From Trueperaceae bacterium (GTDB lineage Bacteria > Deinococcota > Deinococci > Deinococcales > Trueperaceae), in assembly GCA_965214405.1 (NCBI GenBank), contig OZ243956.1, forward strand, positions 704,001 to 768,000: 64,000 nucleotides of DNA. The letters are read 5' to 3'. Under the pieces are notes generated by a model. That model was not told the DNA's origin, made no database searches, and saw only the letters and a list, made by a program, of their open reading frames with translations. The translations under genes were made by a program, and so were the position numbers. Shown here in pieces: positions 20,665 through 30,815 of the stretch. Position 1 is the stretch's first letter, and every line of letters begins with the position of its first letter.

Positions 20665-21401
20665 AACGTCTCGTTTTAGACTTAGAAACCAAACGCTCCT
20701 TTGGCGAGGTCGGTGGTCCCCATAACAAAACCAAGCTGGGCGTGAGCGTGGTCGGGGTTTATCACTACGACGGTGACCGGTTTGTGTGTTACCGCGAGGA
20801 GGCGTTTGGGGAGTTGGAGCGCGTGCTCAAAGAAGCAGACGAGGTGATTGGCTTCAACCTCGTCGGTTTTGACTGGCCCGTGCTCGCCGCCGAGTTGGGA
20901 GAATGGGTCTACGACCTGCCGACGGTTGACTTGATGCTCGAGGCGCAAAAGGTCATGAAACGACGGACAAGCCTCAACGCGTTCGCCAAGGCGACGTTGG
21001 GCGCTTCTAAACTAGGTTCAGGTCTGGACGCGCTCGAGTTCTACCGCGCGGGGGATTGGGCGGGGCTCGAGCGCTACTGCTTGGAGGATGTGAAACTTAC
21101 CCGCGACCTTTATGAATACGCTAAAAAGAATGGTCACCTCCTCTTTCAAAAAGGCGACCATAGCGGCACAGTAAGGATGAACTTTACCGAAAGCCCCTTT
21201 GCTGCCCTTTTCCGTGAGGCGGCCAGAACTAAGAGCAGCATCAAGATAAATTACGGTGACCAGGAAAGACTCGTTGACGTTCATTCCTTTGACGGCTCTC
21301 ATATTCGGGGCTACTGCCATCTGAGGCAAGAAAGGCGCACCTTTCGCATTGACAAAGTAGATGCGGCGGAGCGGGTAGCCTCGAGCCAAACGCTCTTCTA
21401 G
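20661..21401 (+). CDS. RNase H-like DEDDy exonuclease (YprB/MrfB-like) fused to a C-terminal WYL-like domain
   Basis: LDLET, GFN...FD, YCLED; C-terminus IRGYCHLRQERRTFRIDKV. Confidence 0.8.
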   Translation: MKRLVLDLETKRSFGEVGGPHNKTKLGVSVVGVYHYDGDRFVCYREEAFGELERVLKEADEVIGFNLVGFDWPVLAAELGEWVYDLPTVDLMLEAQKVMKRRTSLNAFAKATLGASKLGSGLDALEFYRAGDWAGLERYCLEDVKLTRDLYEYAKKNGHLLFQKGDHSGTVRMNFTESPFAALFREAARTKSSIKINYGDQERLVDVHSFDGSHIRGYCHLRQERRTFRIDKVDAAERVASSQTLF

Positions 21402-21419
21402 CTCCTCAACTCCCAGCCT

Positions 21420-21445
21420 GCGCCGCTTCGGCTCGAGGGCGGCGC
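21420..21445. terminator. GC hairpin between convergent genes, CTCGAG in loop
   Basis: GCGCCGC...GCGGCGC; no U-tract. Confidence 0.5.
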
Positions 21446-22366
21446 TCAGGCCTTGCCCACCGACCCAAACACCTCCATGCGCTCCTTGACGACGGTTTTC
21501 ATCTCGTCCCTGGCCGGTCCCAAAATTTTGCGCGGGTCGAACTCTTTGGGCTTTTGCTTCAAGATTTCGCGGATGGCGGCGGTAAAGATTAGGCGCAAGT
21601 CGGTGTCAGTGTTTATCTTTGCGATGCCCTCGGTGACCGCCTTGCGCACGTCTTCTTCGTGGATGCCCGTGGCGTCCGAGAGTTCGCCGCCCGCGTTGTT
21701 GAGGCGCGCGACGATTCTTTCGGGCACGCCGCTCGCGCCGTGCATGACGAGCGGGTTGGGGAGGCGTCCGGCGATCTCGACGATGCGGTTATGGTCGATG
21801 TAGGGCCGCCCCTTGCCCTTGTTCGCGCCGTGCGAGGTGCCGATGGCGACGGCCAGATAGTCCGCGCCCGTCTCCCGCATAAACCGCTCCGCCTCGTCGG
21901 GTTTGGTCAAAATCGCGTCCTCCGCGGCCACCACCACGTGCTCCTCGACGCCGCCCAAGCGCCCGATTTCGGCCTCGACGGACACGCCCACCGCGTGCGC
22001 CGCCTCGACCACCTTTTTAGTCTCGAGGATGTTGGTCGCCTCGTCCTCGTGCGATTTATCAATCATCACCGAGGTGAAGCCGTAGCGAATCGCCTGCATA
22101 CACGATTCGAACGAGGAGCCGTGGTCGAGGTGGACCGCGACGGGCACGCTCACCTCCTCACCGAGGCGCAGCACGAGCGCGACTAAATCGTCGCCGCCGT
22201 ACTTTAGCGCCCCTTCCGAGAGCGCCACGATGACGGGGCTCTTTGTTTCTTCGGCAGCCTCGAGGATCGCCTGGGTGATTTCCATGTTGTTGGTGTTGAA
22301 CGCGCCAACACCGTACTGGCCGTTTCTGGCCGCGGTCAGGATGTCCATGCCGGTTTTGAGTGCCAT
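21446..22366 (-). CDS. fba: Fructose-1,6-bisphosphate aldolase class II
   Basis: VHLDHG, AIGTSHGA, MHGASG, KINTDTD; TATACT 6 nt before ATG 22366. Confidence 0.93.
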   Translation of the reverse strand: MALKTGMDILTAARNGQYGVGAFNTNNMEITQAILEAAEETKSPVIVALSEGALKYGGDDLVALVLRLGEEVSVPVAVHLDHGSSFESCMQAIRYGFTSVMIDKSHEDEATNILETKKVVEAAHAVGVSVEAEIGRLGGVEEHVVVAAEDAILTKPDEAERFMRETGADYLAVAIGTSHGANKGKGRPYIDHNRIVEIAGRLPNPLVMHGASGVPERIVARLNNAGGELSDATGIHEEDVRKAVTEGIAKINTDTDLRLIFTAAIREILKQKPKEFDPRKILGPARDEMKTVVKERMEVFGSVGKA

Positions 22367-22522
22367 AGGGGGAGTATAACGCACCGCCCACGCGCCCCTT
22401 GCGTTTTTCGGTTTGTACTCAGAGCTTTATAGCGCGCTAATTTTGCATGAGGCTCGAGAAGAACCCCTATAGGTCCCTTCACCGAATCCGTTAAACTACG
22501 ACAGTTGAGGTGATTTTGAACT

Positions 22523-22939
22523 ATGGGCGAATCAGTCGAACCGGGTCAGAAACTTGGAAACTTCAACATCGGAGAACATTTTTCCTCATTTAAGGGAAAA
22601 TTGCCTGCTGAGGCAACAGCAGAAGAGTTGGAGCTTGCATGGCGTTACTACTTCAAACCGTTCACCATCTGGGCTGACAGAGCCACCCATGAGATTTATC
22701 AGATTGGCGTGGAAGAGGGATTTGAAGGCACATTCTTAGGAATAGGCATAGGGTCAACACTTTCAGACGTGCTTACGCGGGTGGGTGCTTACGCAGATGA
22801 ACTTGACGTTTATGTTTTGCCTAAGTATCCAGGAATTGCTTTTCAGCTTCGGGACGAGGATTTTGGAGAAGATTTGGAGGAACTTACAACCCCCTTTGGT
22901 TTTATGACAGTCTTCGATCCCAGGAAGATAATCTTTTGA
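22523..22939 (+). CDS. Hypothetical acidic protein, low GC
   Basis: 138-aa ORF with GAGGTG RBS in an AT-rich insert between fba and mqnB. Confidence 0.6.
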   Translation: MGESVEPGQKLGNFNIGEHFSSFKGKLPAEATAEELELAWRYYFKPFTIWADRATHEIYQIGVEEGFEGTFLGIGIGSTLSDVLTRVGAYADELDVYVLPKYPGIAFQLRDEDFGEDLEELTTPFGFMTVFDPRKIIF

Positions 22940-23022
22940 AGCCCTTAGAAGAGAAGATATAAGACGCTCGAAATTTTCAGCGCATTAAGCACAATATTTT
23001 TGAACTCGAGCAGTAAATGGCG

Positions 23023-23721
23023 CTACTGAATTAAAGCCTCAACCACCCTCTCCACCGCCCCGTTCACCGCCCGAACCGCCGCAGGAACGTCCCACGCGCG
23101 CTTATCGCGCTCCCCCACGATGTTGCTCACGCCCCGCAGTTCGGCAAAGGGCACGCCCAGCGCCAGACAGACCTGCGCCGCCGCCGCGCCTTCCATTGAT
23201 TCGATACTCACGTCGAAGCGTTCATGAAGGGTTTGCGCGTCATCAAACGAACCCGTGACCGTCTCGGAGGTGCCAAAGGTGCAGGGATGCGCCCCGGTCG
23301 CCTCGAGAATCTTTTGAGTGAGCATCTGGTCGGTTGGAAAAATGTTGTAGAGGGGTTCGCCTTTGTTCAGCAGAGGAAAACCCAAACTTTCCATGCCCTG
23401 CCAACCCGCGTCCGTACGAACGCCTGTATCCAAGTGGACTTCACGCGCCGCCACCGCGACCATGCCGACGCTCAAAAAGGAGCCCACAAACGCGCCGCCG
23501 ATGCCGAACTGGACGACGGCGGCGGGCTCGAGCCTCTCGAGTGCCAGCGCCAACCCCGCCGCGGTGTTGACCTTGCCGACGCCCAAATGCGCGAGGTAGA
23601 AGGGAAAATTAAAATGGAGGCGGTAGAGTTCGCCTAAGGGGAACTCGAGCCTTTCCGCACCCTTACAAGCCTTTTTGAGAGGTTCGGCTTCCGCCGCCGT
23701 GGCGGTAACGAGCAGCATCAT
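23023..23721 (-). CDS. mqnB: Futalosine hydrolase
   Basis: GVGKVNTA, GIGGAF, ESMEGAA, ELRGVSN.VGERD..W. Confidence 0.85.
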   Translation of the reverse strand: MMLLVTATAAEAEPLKKACKGAERLEFPLGELYRLHFNFPFYLAHLGVGKVNTAAGLALALERLEPAAVVQFGIGGAFVGSFLSVGMVAVAAREVHLDTGVRTDAGWQGMESLGFPLLNKGEPLYNIFPTDQMLTQKILEATGAHPCTFGTSETVTGSFDDAQTLHERFDVSIESMEGAAAAQVCLALGVPFAELRGVSNIVGERDKRAWDVPAAVRAVNGAVERVVEALIQ

Positions 23722-24380
23722 GAAATGCTCCAGCGTTCAAAGGAGCGTTCGTCTTTGACGCTTGTTCCCTCGGGAAGGGGCTCGAGCACATACGGCGTGA
23801 GGTTTCTATCCCGCGCCTCCTCCGCCAACCGCGCCTCCAACGCCCCGTCCGCGTCCGCCATGAGCATGGCGGCCAACACCTCTCCCCCAAAAACGACCAT
23901 CGCCCCAACCGCCTCGTCTTTGTAGGCGACGTAAGCGGTGATGGCCGGGTGCGCCTGCATGGCCTTGGTGAGCGTAGCGCCGAGCGCAACCCCGTAAGCG
24001 GGTTCGCCATATTCCGTAGCGAAGGTCTCGCCCAGGGTGCGACCTTGCGCCCAGCTCACCTGCTCGACCACCGTGTCACTCTCCAAACCTGCTGGCTCCA
24101 CATCGCGGAAGCGGAAAGCTCGCTCGAGGAGAAAGGGTCCCTCGTCAAGTGCCCGCTCGAGTTCGGCCTCCCGCACCGCGGGCACAACGATGGCGGGGTG
24201 GAGGTTTCTCGAGGCGTACCATTCGGCGACGCTCGCAAGTCCCCCCACCTCGGGATACCAGGCGGCGTTGCTGAGCAAGAGGGGCGTGTGGAGGTTGGCA
24301 AGGGCGTGACCGCTGGGTAGCTTTACCTCCTCTTCACTGAGGAGGCGCGAGAATGCGAAGGCGAGATTATGTAGGAGCAT
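23718..24380 (-). CDS. Conserved hypothetical protein (degenerate GNAT-like)
   Basis: Host-like codon usage; ATGA overlap with mqnB. Confidence 0.6.
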   Translation of the reverse strand: MLLHNLAFAFSRLLSEEEVKLPSGHALANLHTPLLLSNAAWYPEVGGLASVAEWYASRNLHPAIVVPAVREAELERALDEGPFLLERAFRFRDVEPAGLESDTVVEQVSWAQGRTLGETFATEYGEPAYGVALGATLTKAMQAHPAITAYVAYKDEAVGAMVVFGGEVLAAMLMADADGALEARLAEEARDRNLTPYVLEPLPEGTSVKDERSFERWSIS

Positions 24381-24407
24381 TCGCCGTAAAGATGCAGAAG
24401 TACCCAA

Positions 24408-24731
24408 TCACAGTGTGCCTATACGTGTGACTGTACCCTTCTCAACTTGGGGCAACACCTCCCGAACGTGCGGAATAAGCGGGCGGAGCACGTCGATATC
24501 GTTGCTCGTTGCCAGGAACACGATGATACCGAGGTCTAGCATCGTCACGTTCTGCTGGAACTCCAAATTCCGGTCAACCGTTAGAAAAATGTCAAATTCC
24601 TTTTCGGCGAGGCGCAAAAGGTTGCCGTTCTTGATGCCTGCCCAACCCATCTCGGGTACGGTTTTCATATCATGTTCTGCAAACTCTCTCTTGAGCCTTT
24701 TAGGCAAGCATTCATCAAGCAGAACGCGCAC
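24408..24731 (-). CDS. DUF5615 PIN-like toxin
   Basis: LLDECLP, GWAGIKNGNLL, FLTVDRN. Confidence 0.85.
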   Translation of the reverse strand: MRVLLDECLPKRLKREFAEHDMKTVPEMGWAGIKNGNLLRLAEKEFDIFLTVDRNLEFQQNVTMLDLGIIVFLATSNDIDVLRPLIPHVREVLPQVEKGTVTRIGTL

Positions 24732-24939
24732 TGCTCACCAGGATGTGTTTCGCCTCCTCGAGCGCGGCGACGGCCTGCGCCCTCGTCACGGTGGGGAAGT
24801 CTTCTAAAAATTCGCTGAGGTCGCGGTCCGCTTCCAGATAGTCGAGCAGCGTCCTAACTGGTACACGCGTGCCGACGAAAACAGGCGTGCCGCTCATAAT
24901 CTCGGGGTCGCTGTGAATGACGCTTGGTTTGGTGAACAC
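24715..24939 (-). CDS. DUF433 antitoxin
   Basis: DPEIMSGTPVFVGTRVPV...FLEDFPTV. Confidence 0.9.
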   Translation of the reverse strand: MFTKPSVIHSDPEIMSGTPVFVGTRVPVRTLLDYLEADRDLSEFLEDFPTVTRAQAVAALEEAKHILVSSARSA

Positions 24940-24984
24940 CTTTCAACCTCCTTTGGCGACAGTACCTGCTCCAACGCAGCTAGG

Positions 24985-25938
24985 TTACGCTGCCTGAGTG
25001 GCGGGCATGTCCAGCAGCGCCCGCACATACGCCGCTGCGTCATAGGGCTGCAAATCCTCGGCCTTTTCGCCCACGCCGATGAACTTGATGGGCAAGCCTA
25101 TTTCGCGCACAATGGGCAGCAGGATGCCGCCCTTGGCGGTGCCGTCGAGCTTGGTGACGATGACCCCGGTCACGCCCACCGCGTCGTGAAATTTGCGCGC
25201 CTGCTCGAGCGCGTTCTGCCCCGTGACCGCGTCGAGCACCAGCCAGACCTCCTTGGGCTCGCCCTCGTCGGCCTTGCCGATGACGCGCTTGACTTTTTTA
25301 AGTTCTTCCATCAGGTTGTGCTTGGTGTGAAGCCGCCCGGCGGTGTCTACGAAAAGGAGGTCGTAACCGCGCGCGCGTCTCGAGCCCGCCGCGTTGTACG
25401 CCACCGCGCCGGGGTCAGAGTTGTCGGCACCCGTGACGGTGGGGACGCCCAGGCGTTCGCCCCACACTTCCAGTTGCGCGGTCGCCGCCGCGCGAAAAGT
25501 GTCGCCCGCGGCGAACATCACGCGTTTGCCGTGGCGCTGGTAATACTGGCCGAGCTTGGCAATCGTCGTCGTTTTGCCCGCGCCGTTGACGCCCACGACC
25601 ATCACGACTTTACCCTTGACGTCCACCACGTTGCGCGACACGTCTAAGTTAAAGCCCACCCGGCGCAGCTTCTGGCGCATGGTGTCGGCCTCGAGCTGGT
25701 CCATCAGGGCTTTTTCTAACGATTCCTTAAAGGTGCTCCCCCGCTCGCGCTCGCGCTTGGTCTCCTCAACAACTTGCGTGGCGATGGTCGCGCCCACGTC
25801 CGCGCCGATGAGCGCGAACTCTAGGTCGTCCCAGTCCATTTCCCAACTTTTGTTGAGGTCGCCTAAGTCGCGCACGTCGGTGGTGATGAGGGCTCGAGTC
25901 TTGCTCAGACCCTGCTTGAGCCGGTCGAACCAGGCCAT
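24985..25938 (-). CDS. ftsY: SRP receptor
   Basis: [32 protein letters not shown]. Confidence 0.95.
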   Translation of the reverse strand: MAWFDRLKQGLSKTRALITTDVRDLGDLNKSWEMDWDDLEFALIGADVGATIATQVVEETKRERERGSTFKESLEKALMDQLEADTMRQKLRRVGFNLDVSRNVVDVKGKVVMVVGVNGAGKTTTIAKLGQYYQRHGKRVMFAAGDTFRAAATAQLEVWGERLGVPTVTGADNSDPGAVAYNAAGSRRARGYDLLFVDTAGRLHTKHNLMEELKKVKRVIGKADEGEPKEVWLVLDAVTGQNALEQARKFHDAVGVTGVIVTKLDGTAKGGILLPIVREIGLPIKFIGVGEKAEDLQPYDAAAYVRALLDMPATQAA

Positions 25939-27494
25939 CAGCGCGCCGCCTCTGTGATTATCTTGGTGGTTGTCTTGGCTTTTGCGGTCTCTTTCGTCTC
26001 CTGCTTCTGTTCCGGTTTTTGCGGGGTGTCGTCGGGCAGCCCCGCGTTAATAAAATTTAGGGCGCGCCCGATGCGTTTTAGCACGCGCCGCTTGCCCAAG
26101 ATGGTGACCAAATCGGTGACGCCGGGGGCGTTGGTCGAGCCCGTCAGCGCGGCGCGTAGGGGCTGCAACACCTTGCCCATCGAGGCGCTTTGCGACTGGA
26201 CAAAGTCGCGCAGGGCGTCGTCCACGCTGTCGTAATCGAAGAACTCGAGCCTCGAGAACACCCCCTCCAGACCCTCCAGATAAGCCTGACCCGCCGCCAG
26301 CTTTTTGCGCGCGTCGGGGCTATAGGAGAAGTCTTCGGTGAAAAAGTAGCCGTGCTCGGTAAAGTCTTGTAACGTCTCGGCGCGGGGCAGGAGCACGTCG
26401 AGTACGTCGAGTAAGTAGTCCTCGCTCTCCCAATCGTAGCCAGCCTCCTGTAGGAAGGGTTTGGCGCGTTCGGCAACCGTCTCGAGGGGGAGGAGGTCGC
26501 GCAGGTACTTGGCGTTGTAGTGCTTGAGGCGCTTCATGTCGAAAATTGAGCCGCCCAAAGACACGCGCTCGAACGAGAAATGTTCGGTCATGTCCGCGAG
26601 GCTAAAAAACTCGCGCCCGTCGGGCATACTCCAGCCCATCGTGCCGAGGTAGTTCAGAAGCGCTTCCGGAACGATGCCCTGCCGCTTGTACGAGTCCAAG
26701 TTGGTGTCGTCCTTGCGCTTGCTTAGTTTCTTGCCCTCCGCGTTTTTGAGGAGCGGCATGTGGACCCAGACGGGCTCATTCCAGCCGAACGCCTGGTAAA
26801 GCAGCACGTGGATGGGCGCGGTCGGAATCCACTCCTCGCCGCGCACCGCGTGGGTCACGCCCATAAGGTGGTCGTCCACCACCACCGCCAAGTGATAGGT
26901 GGGCAGCCCGTCACTTTTTAGCAAAACCGCGTCGGGCACCTCGCCGTTGGGGATGCGGACCTCGCCTCGCAGGAGGTCCCGAACCACCGTCTCGCCCTCG
27001 TCGGGGGTGATGAGGCGCACGACAAAAGGCTCGCCCGCCGCGGCGCGGCTATCGGACTCTTCGCGTGACACATCGCGCCCGCGCCCGTCGTAGCCGTGAC
27101 CGCGGCCACGGCGCTGGAGGTCTTGGCGGATGGCTTCTAATTCCTCGGGCGTTTCAAAGGCGCGGTAGGCTTTGCCCGCCTCGAGCAACTCCTGCGCGTA
27201 CTTTTGGTAAATCTCCTTGCGCTCGGTCTGTCGGTAGGGCGCGTTGGGACCGCCTGCCTTGGGGCTCTCGTCGGGTTCTAAACCGAGCCACTCGAGCGCG
27301 TCCAACACGCGCGCCTCGGACTCGGGGTTGTAGCGTTTTTGGTCGGTGTCTTCGACCCTCAAAATAAAAGTGCCGTCCCCCTGCTTAGCGGTCACAAAGT
27401 CGAACAGGCTCATGTAGGCGGTGCCGACGTGCGGGTCGCCCGTCGGCGAGGGGGCTATTCGGGTAACAGGATGTTTTGCGGGTGTTGCAGTCAT
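25938..27494 (-). CDS. gltX: Glutamate-tRNA ligase
   Basis: APSPTGDPHVG, RVEDTD, KLSKR; GGAGG before ATG 27494. Confidence 0.93.
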   Translation of the reverse strand: MTATPAKHPVTRIAPSPTGDPHVGTAYMSLFDFVTAKQGDGTFILRVEDTDQKRYNPESEARVLDALEWLGLEPDESPKAGGPNAPYRQTERKEIYQKYAQELLEAGKAYRAFETPEELEAIRQDLQRRGRGHGYDGRGRDVSREESDSRAAAGEPFVVRLITPDEGETVVRDLLRGEVRIPNGEVPDAVLLKSDGLPTYHLAVVVDDHLMGVTHAVRGEEWIPTAPIHVLLYQAFGWNEPVWVHMPLLKNAEGKKLSKRKDDTNLDSYKRQGIVPEALLNYLGTMGWSMPDGREFFSLADMTEHFSFERVSLGGSIFDMKRLKHYNAKYLRDLLPLETVAERAKPFLQEAGYDWESEDYLLDVLDVLLPRAETLQDFTEHGYFFTEDFSYSPDARKKLAAGQAYLEGLEGVFSRLEFFDYDSVDDALRDFVQSQSASMGKVLQPLRAALTGSTNAPGVTDLVTILGKRRVLKRIGRALNFINAGLPDDTPQKPEQKQETKETAKAKTTTKIITEAAR

Positions 27495-27581
27495 GGGTCC
27501 TCCCAGTGCTCCCATTCTAGCCTAGAGAGGACGCGCGCGCTGTTAGGCTAGGACGAGTTTCTGGGAATCCCTCGCTCCCTG

Positions 27582-28499
27582 TTAAGGGTGAGAAAGCCTG
27601 AGCACGGCCCCCTCGAGCGTGGGCGAATCCTGCGGCGTCACCTGATAGACGGGAGTCGGCGTCACGTTAGCGGGAGCGTCGCGCGGCTCGAGCCGACCCG
27701 TGAAGACGAGCGCGGCGACGAGCAGCCCGAGCGCGATGCGGTAGACCACAAAGGGCAAGTAGGAGTGCGTGCTCACGTAGCGCAAGAGCCAGGCGATAGA
27801 AGCGTAGCCCGTCACAAAGGCGAGCGCCGTGGCGAGCAGCGTGAGCGGCAGCCCCGGCCCGCCCTCGGCGAGCGCGTCGGGAAGTTTATACAATCCCGAG
27901 GCGACAACCGCGGGGATGGCGAGCAGAAAGGCGTAACGCGCCGCCGCCGCGCGCTCGTACCCCAAAAAGAGCCCCGCGCTAATGGTCGCCCCCGAGCGCG
28001 ACACGCCGGGCACGAGGGCGAGCGCCTGCGCGAAGCCGTAGATGAGCGCGTCTTTGAGCGTCAGCTCCTCCAACCCCTTGGCGTTACGCGCCAATCGGTC
28101 CGCCACGAAAAGGACGAGGCCCAACCCAATGAGCGTGCCCGCGATGAGGCGTAGGTCGCGCGCGACCGTGTCAATCTGCGCCTCGAAAAGGAGGCCCAGC
28201 ACGCCGATGGGCAGCGTGCCGAAAATGATGTACCAGCCCATACGCGCGTCCAAGTCTCCTCGCAACTCTTTATTGAAGAGCGAGCGCAGCCAGGTGGTGA
28301 CAATGCGCCAGATGTCGCGCCAAAAAAAGATGATGACCGCCGCCTCGGTGCCGATCTGACTCACCGCGGTAAAAGCCGCCCCCGGATCGTCCCAACCGAA
28401 GAGCGCCGGGACGATGCGCAGGTGCGCGGAGCTCGAGATGGGCAAAAACTCGGTGAGGCCCTGAACAACGCCCAAAACGACGGCTTGAAGGGTGGTCAT
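27582..28499 (-). CDS. uppP: Undecaprenyl-diphosphate phosphatase
   Basis: [21 protein letters not shown]; start at ATG 28499. Confidence 0.93.
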   Translation of the reverse strand: MTTLQAVVLGVVQGLTEFLPISSSAHLRIVPALFGWDDPGAAFTAVSQIGTEAAVIIFFWRDIWRIVTTWLRSLFNKELRGDLDARMGWYIIFGTLPIGVLGLLFEAQIDTVARDLRLIAGTLIGLGLVLFVADRLARNAKGLEELTLKDALIYGFAQALALVPGVSRSGATISAGLFLGYERAAAARYAFLLAIPAVVASGLYKLPDALAEGGPGLPLTLLATALAFVTGYASIAWLLRYVSTHSYLPFVVYRIALGLLVAALVFTGRLEPRDAPANVTPTPVYQVTPQDSPTLEGAVLRLSHP

Positions 28500-28679
28500 G
28501 GCGTAGCGGGTAACATCCGGATATAGCGGGTAGCCTCTGGTTTGAGCAAGACTAGATTCACAAATCACCGTCTAAAATATGATGCGAGAGATGATACCTG
28601 CGCTGGGTTCGCTCAGTATCTGCGGAAACCGTCTTGGTGACAGTATGAACAAAATAGGTCATCACAGTATCAAGGATGC

Positions 28680-28720
28680 AAAAAGAAAAGGCTGAGAGGT
28701 GTGAAACCTTCAACCTTTTC
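28680..28720 (-). terminator. Intrinsic terminator after rpsI
   Basis: Minus strand GAAAAGGTTGA...TCAGCCTTTTCTTTTT. Confidence 0.7.
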
Positions 28721-28738
28721 GGAGAACTTGTTTGAATT

Positions 28739-29125
28739 TTATCGCTTGCTGTACTGTGGCGCTTTGCGGGCCTTGTGGAGGCCGTACTTCTTGCGCTCGA
28801 CCTCTCGAGCATCCCGGCTCAAGTAGCCGCCCCCCTTGAGCTTAGCGCGGTGGTTCGGGTCCATCTCGACGAGCGCGCGGGCGACGCCCAACTTGATCGC
28901 GTCCGCCTGACCGCTGGGGCCGCCGCCCGACACGGTGATGAGCGCGTCGTAGCGTCCGGCGGTGCCGGTGGCTTTAAGGGGTTCTAGAGCCTGAACGCCC
29001 ACCAAAATGCCCCGGAAGTAGTCTTGAAAATCCTTGCCGTTAACCGTGATGCGGCCCCCACCGGGCCGCAAAAACACGCGCGCGACCGCCTCTTTGCGGC
29101 GGCCTGTGCCGTAATACTGTTCCAT
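28739..29125 (-). CDS. rpsI: 30S ribosomal protein S9
   Basis: YGTGRRK...[11 protein letters not shown]. Confidence 0.98.
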   Translation of the reverse strand: MEQYYGTGRRKEAVARVFLRPGGGRITVNGKDFQDYFRGILVGVQALEPLKATGTAGRYDALITVSGGGPSGQADAIKLGVARALVEMDPNHRAKLKGGGYLSRDAREVERKKYGLHKARKAPQYSKR

Positions 29126-29559
29126 TAGCGTAACTCCATCTCTTTGGGTTGCTGCGCCGCGTGCGGGTGCGCCTCGCCCGGGTAGACCTTGAGGCGGCGG
29201 ATGAGTTTGCGGCCCAAGCGGTTTTTGGGCAACATGCCCCAGACGGCGCGTTCTAAAAGCCGCTCGGGGTTCTTGTCGCGCAGCGTCCGGGCGGGGATTT
29301 CTTTGAGACCACCCTGGTAGCCGCTGTAGCGGGTGTAAATCTTCTGGTCGAGCTTTTTGCCTGTGAAGGTGACCTTGCTCGCGTTCACCACGATGACGAA
29401 ATCGCCGCCCGCCTGGTTGGGGGTAAAGTCCACCTTGTGCTTACCGCGCAGCACCTGGGCGATTTGCGTGGCGAGACGGCCGACCGTCTGGCCCTCGGCG
29501 TCCACGACCACCCAGTCGTGCGTGTTCTCTTTCGGAAAGTATGTTTTCACGTTCTCCAC
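29125..29559 (-). CDS. rplM: 50S ribosomal protein L13
   Basis: [25 protein letters not shown]. Confidence 0.98.
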   Translation of the reverse strand: MENVKTYFPKENTHDWVVVDAEGQTVGRLATQIAQVLRGKHKVDFTPNQAGGDFVIVVNASKVTFTGKKLDQKIYTRYSGYQGGLKEIPARTLRDKNPERLLERAVWGMLPKNRLGRKLIRRLKVYPGEAHPHAAQQPKEMELR

Positions 29560-29747
29560 GTCCTCTACGCGTTCTAAGCCTTGTGTTTTGTGCTTCTGTG
29601 TCTTTGATAGGTTGGCCAGCTCTACATCGCTAACTTGATGTCAAAATAGGGCGGCTCGAGCCCGTCCTCTACAACCTCGCGCGCCCAAACCAGTCGGACG
29701 CAAAGCCAAGCGGCAGTGTAGCATACGCTCATATAAAGAGTAAAGCG

Positions 29748-30815
29748 TCAAGCATCGAAAAGCCGCGCGAAAATCATCCGGCCCATGTTGGTTTGCAGGT
29801 TGCTCGTCACCACCGCGTCAACCGTCGAGCCGACCAAGTGCCCCGAATCCTCGACGACGATCATGGTGCCGTCCTCCAGATAGGCGAGCCCCTGCCCCGG
29901 CTCCCGGCCCGCCTTGACGATGTGGAGCGCCAGCCTTTCGCCGGGCAAAAACACCGCGCGCAGCGCGTTGGCGAGTTGGTTGACGTTAAGGACGCGCACG
30001 CCGTGCAAGTTGGCGACGCGGTTTAAGTTGTAGTCGGTGGTGAGGAGGTCGGCTCGGTGGTCTTGGCAGAAGCGGATGAGTTTTTCGTCCACCTCGGTTA
30101 GGTCCGGATAATCGTCGTTGCGGACTTCTGTTTTGATGTGGCGCTGCTCCACGAGCGTGTCCAACACTTCTAAGCCGCGCCGCCCGCGTTTGCGCTTGAG
30201 GGGGTCGCCCGCGTCGGCGATGGTCTGGAGCTCTAGCAGCACAAAGTTCGGAATAAGAAGCGCGCCATCGATAAAGTTGGCCTCGACCACGTCGGTGATG
30301 CGCCCGTCGATGATGGCCGAGGTGTCGATAACTTTGTTGCCGCTCGACCTAACCGCTTCTGCGTGAGTGTGCGTCGGTGGGGACGCAGGCCCCCGGCTCG
30401 CAAAAACCGCCCGGTTGGCGACGAAAAACCACGACAGCGCGACCACCAAAACGAGGGTAATGAGAAGCGAGAAGTACCAGGTAAAGCCGGGCACGCCCTC
30501 GAGCACCGAATTTAAGAGCACCGTAATCACGAGCGCCATCGTGGTGCCGCCCAACGCCGCCAGAATCGCGTCGGGCGGCACGCGGCGCGTCCGCTCGACC
30601 AGTCGCTCCCAAAAGCCTGCCCAGCGTTTTGCTAAAGGCGCGCTCAGCAAGTAGCCGAGCAGCGTGCCGAGCAGCGTGAGATAAACGAGATTAATGGGAC
30701 CACCCAGCACACCGCCCCGAAGTAAGAGAGTCGCGGCTAGGTAACCCAGACCCGCGCCCACGAGGCTAAGCGCCCCCCTGGCGAGCGAGCCCGCGGTAGA
30801 CTTCCGCTCACGCAA
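29748..30815 (-). CDS. Membrane PIN/TRAM protein (YacL-like)
   Basis: Four TM helices, DTSAIIDGRI, RGRRGLE, QGLAYLEDGTM. Confidence 0.9.
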   Translation of the reverse strand: MRERKSTAGSLARGALSLVGAGLGYLAATLLLRGGVLGGPINLVYLTLLGTLLGYLLSAPLAKRWAGFWERLVERTRRVPPDAILAALGGTTMALVITVLLNSVLEGVPGFTWYFSLLITLVLVVALSWFFVANRAVFASRGPASPPTHTHAEAVRSSGNKVIDTSAIIDGRITDVVEANFIDGALLIPNFVLLELQTIADAGDPLKRKRGRRGLEVLDTLVEQRHIKTEVRNDDYPDLTEVDEKLIRFCQDHRADLLTTDYNLNRVANLHGVRVLNVNQLANALRAVFLPGERLALHIVKAGREPGQGLAYLEDGTMIVVEDSGHLVGSTVDAVVTSNLQTNMGRMIFARLFDA

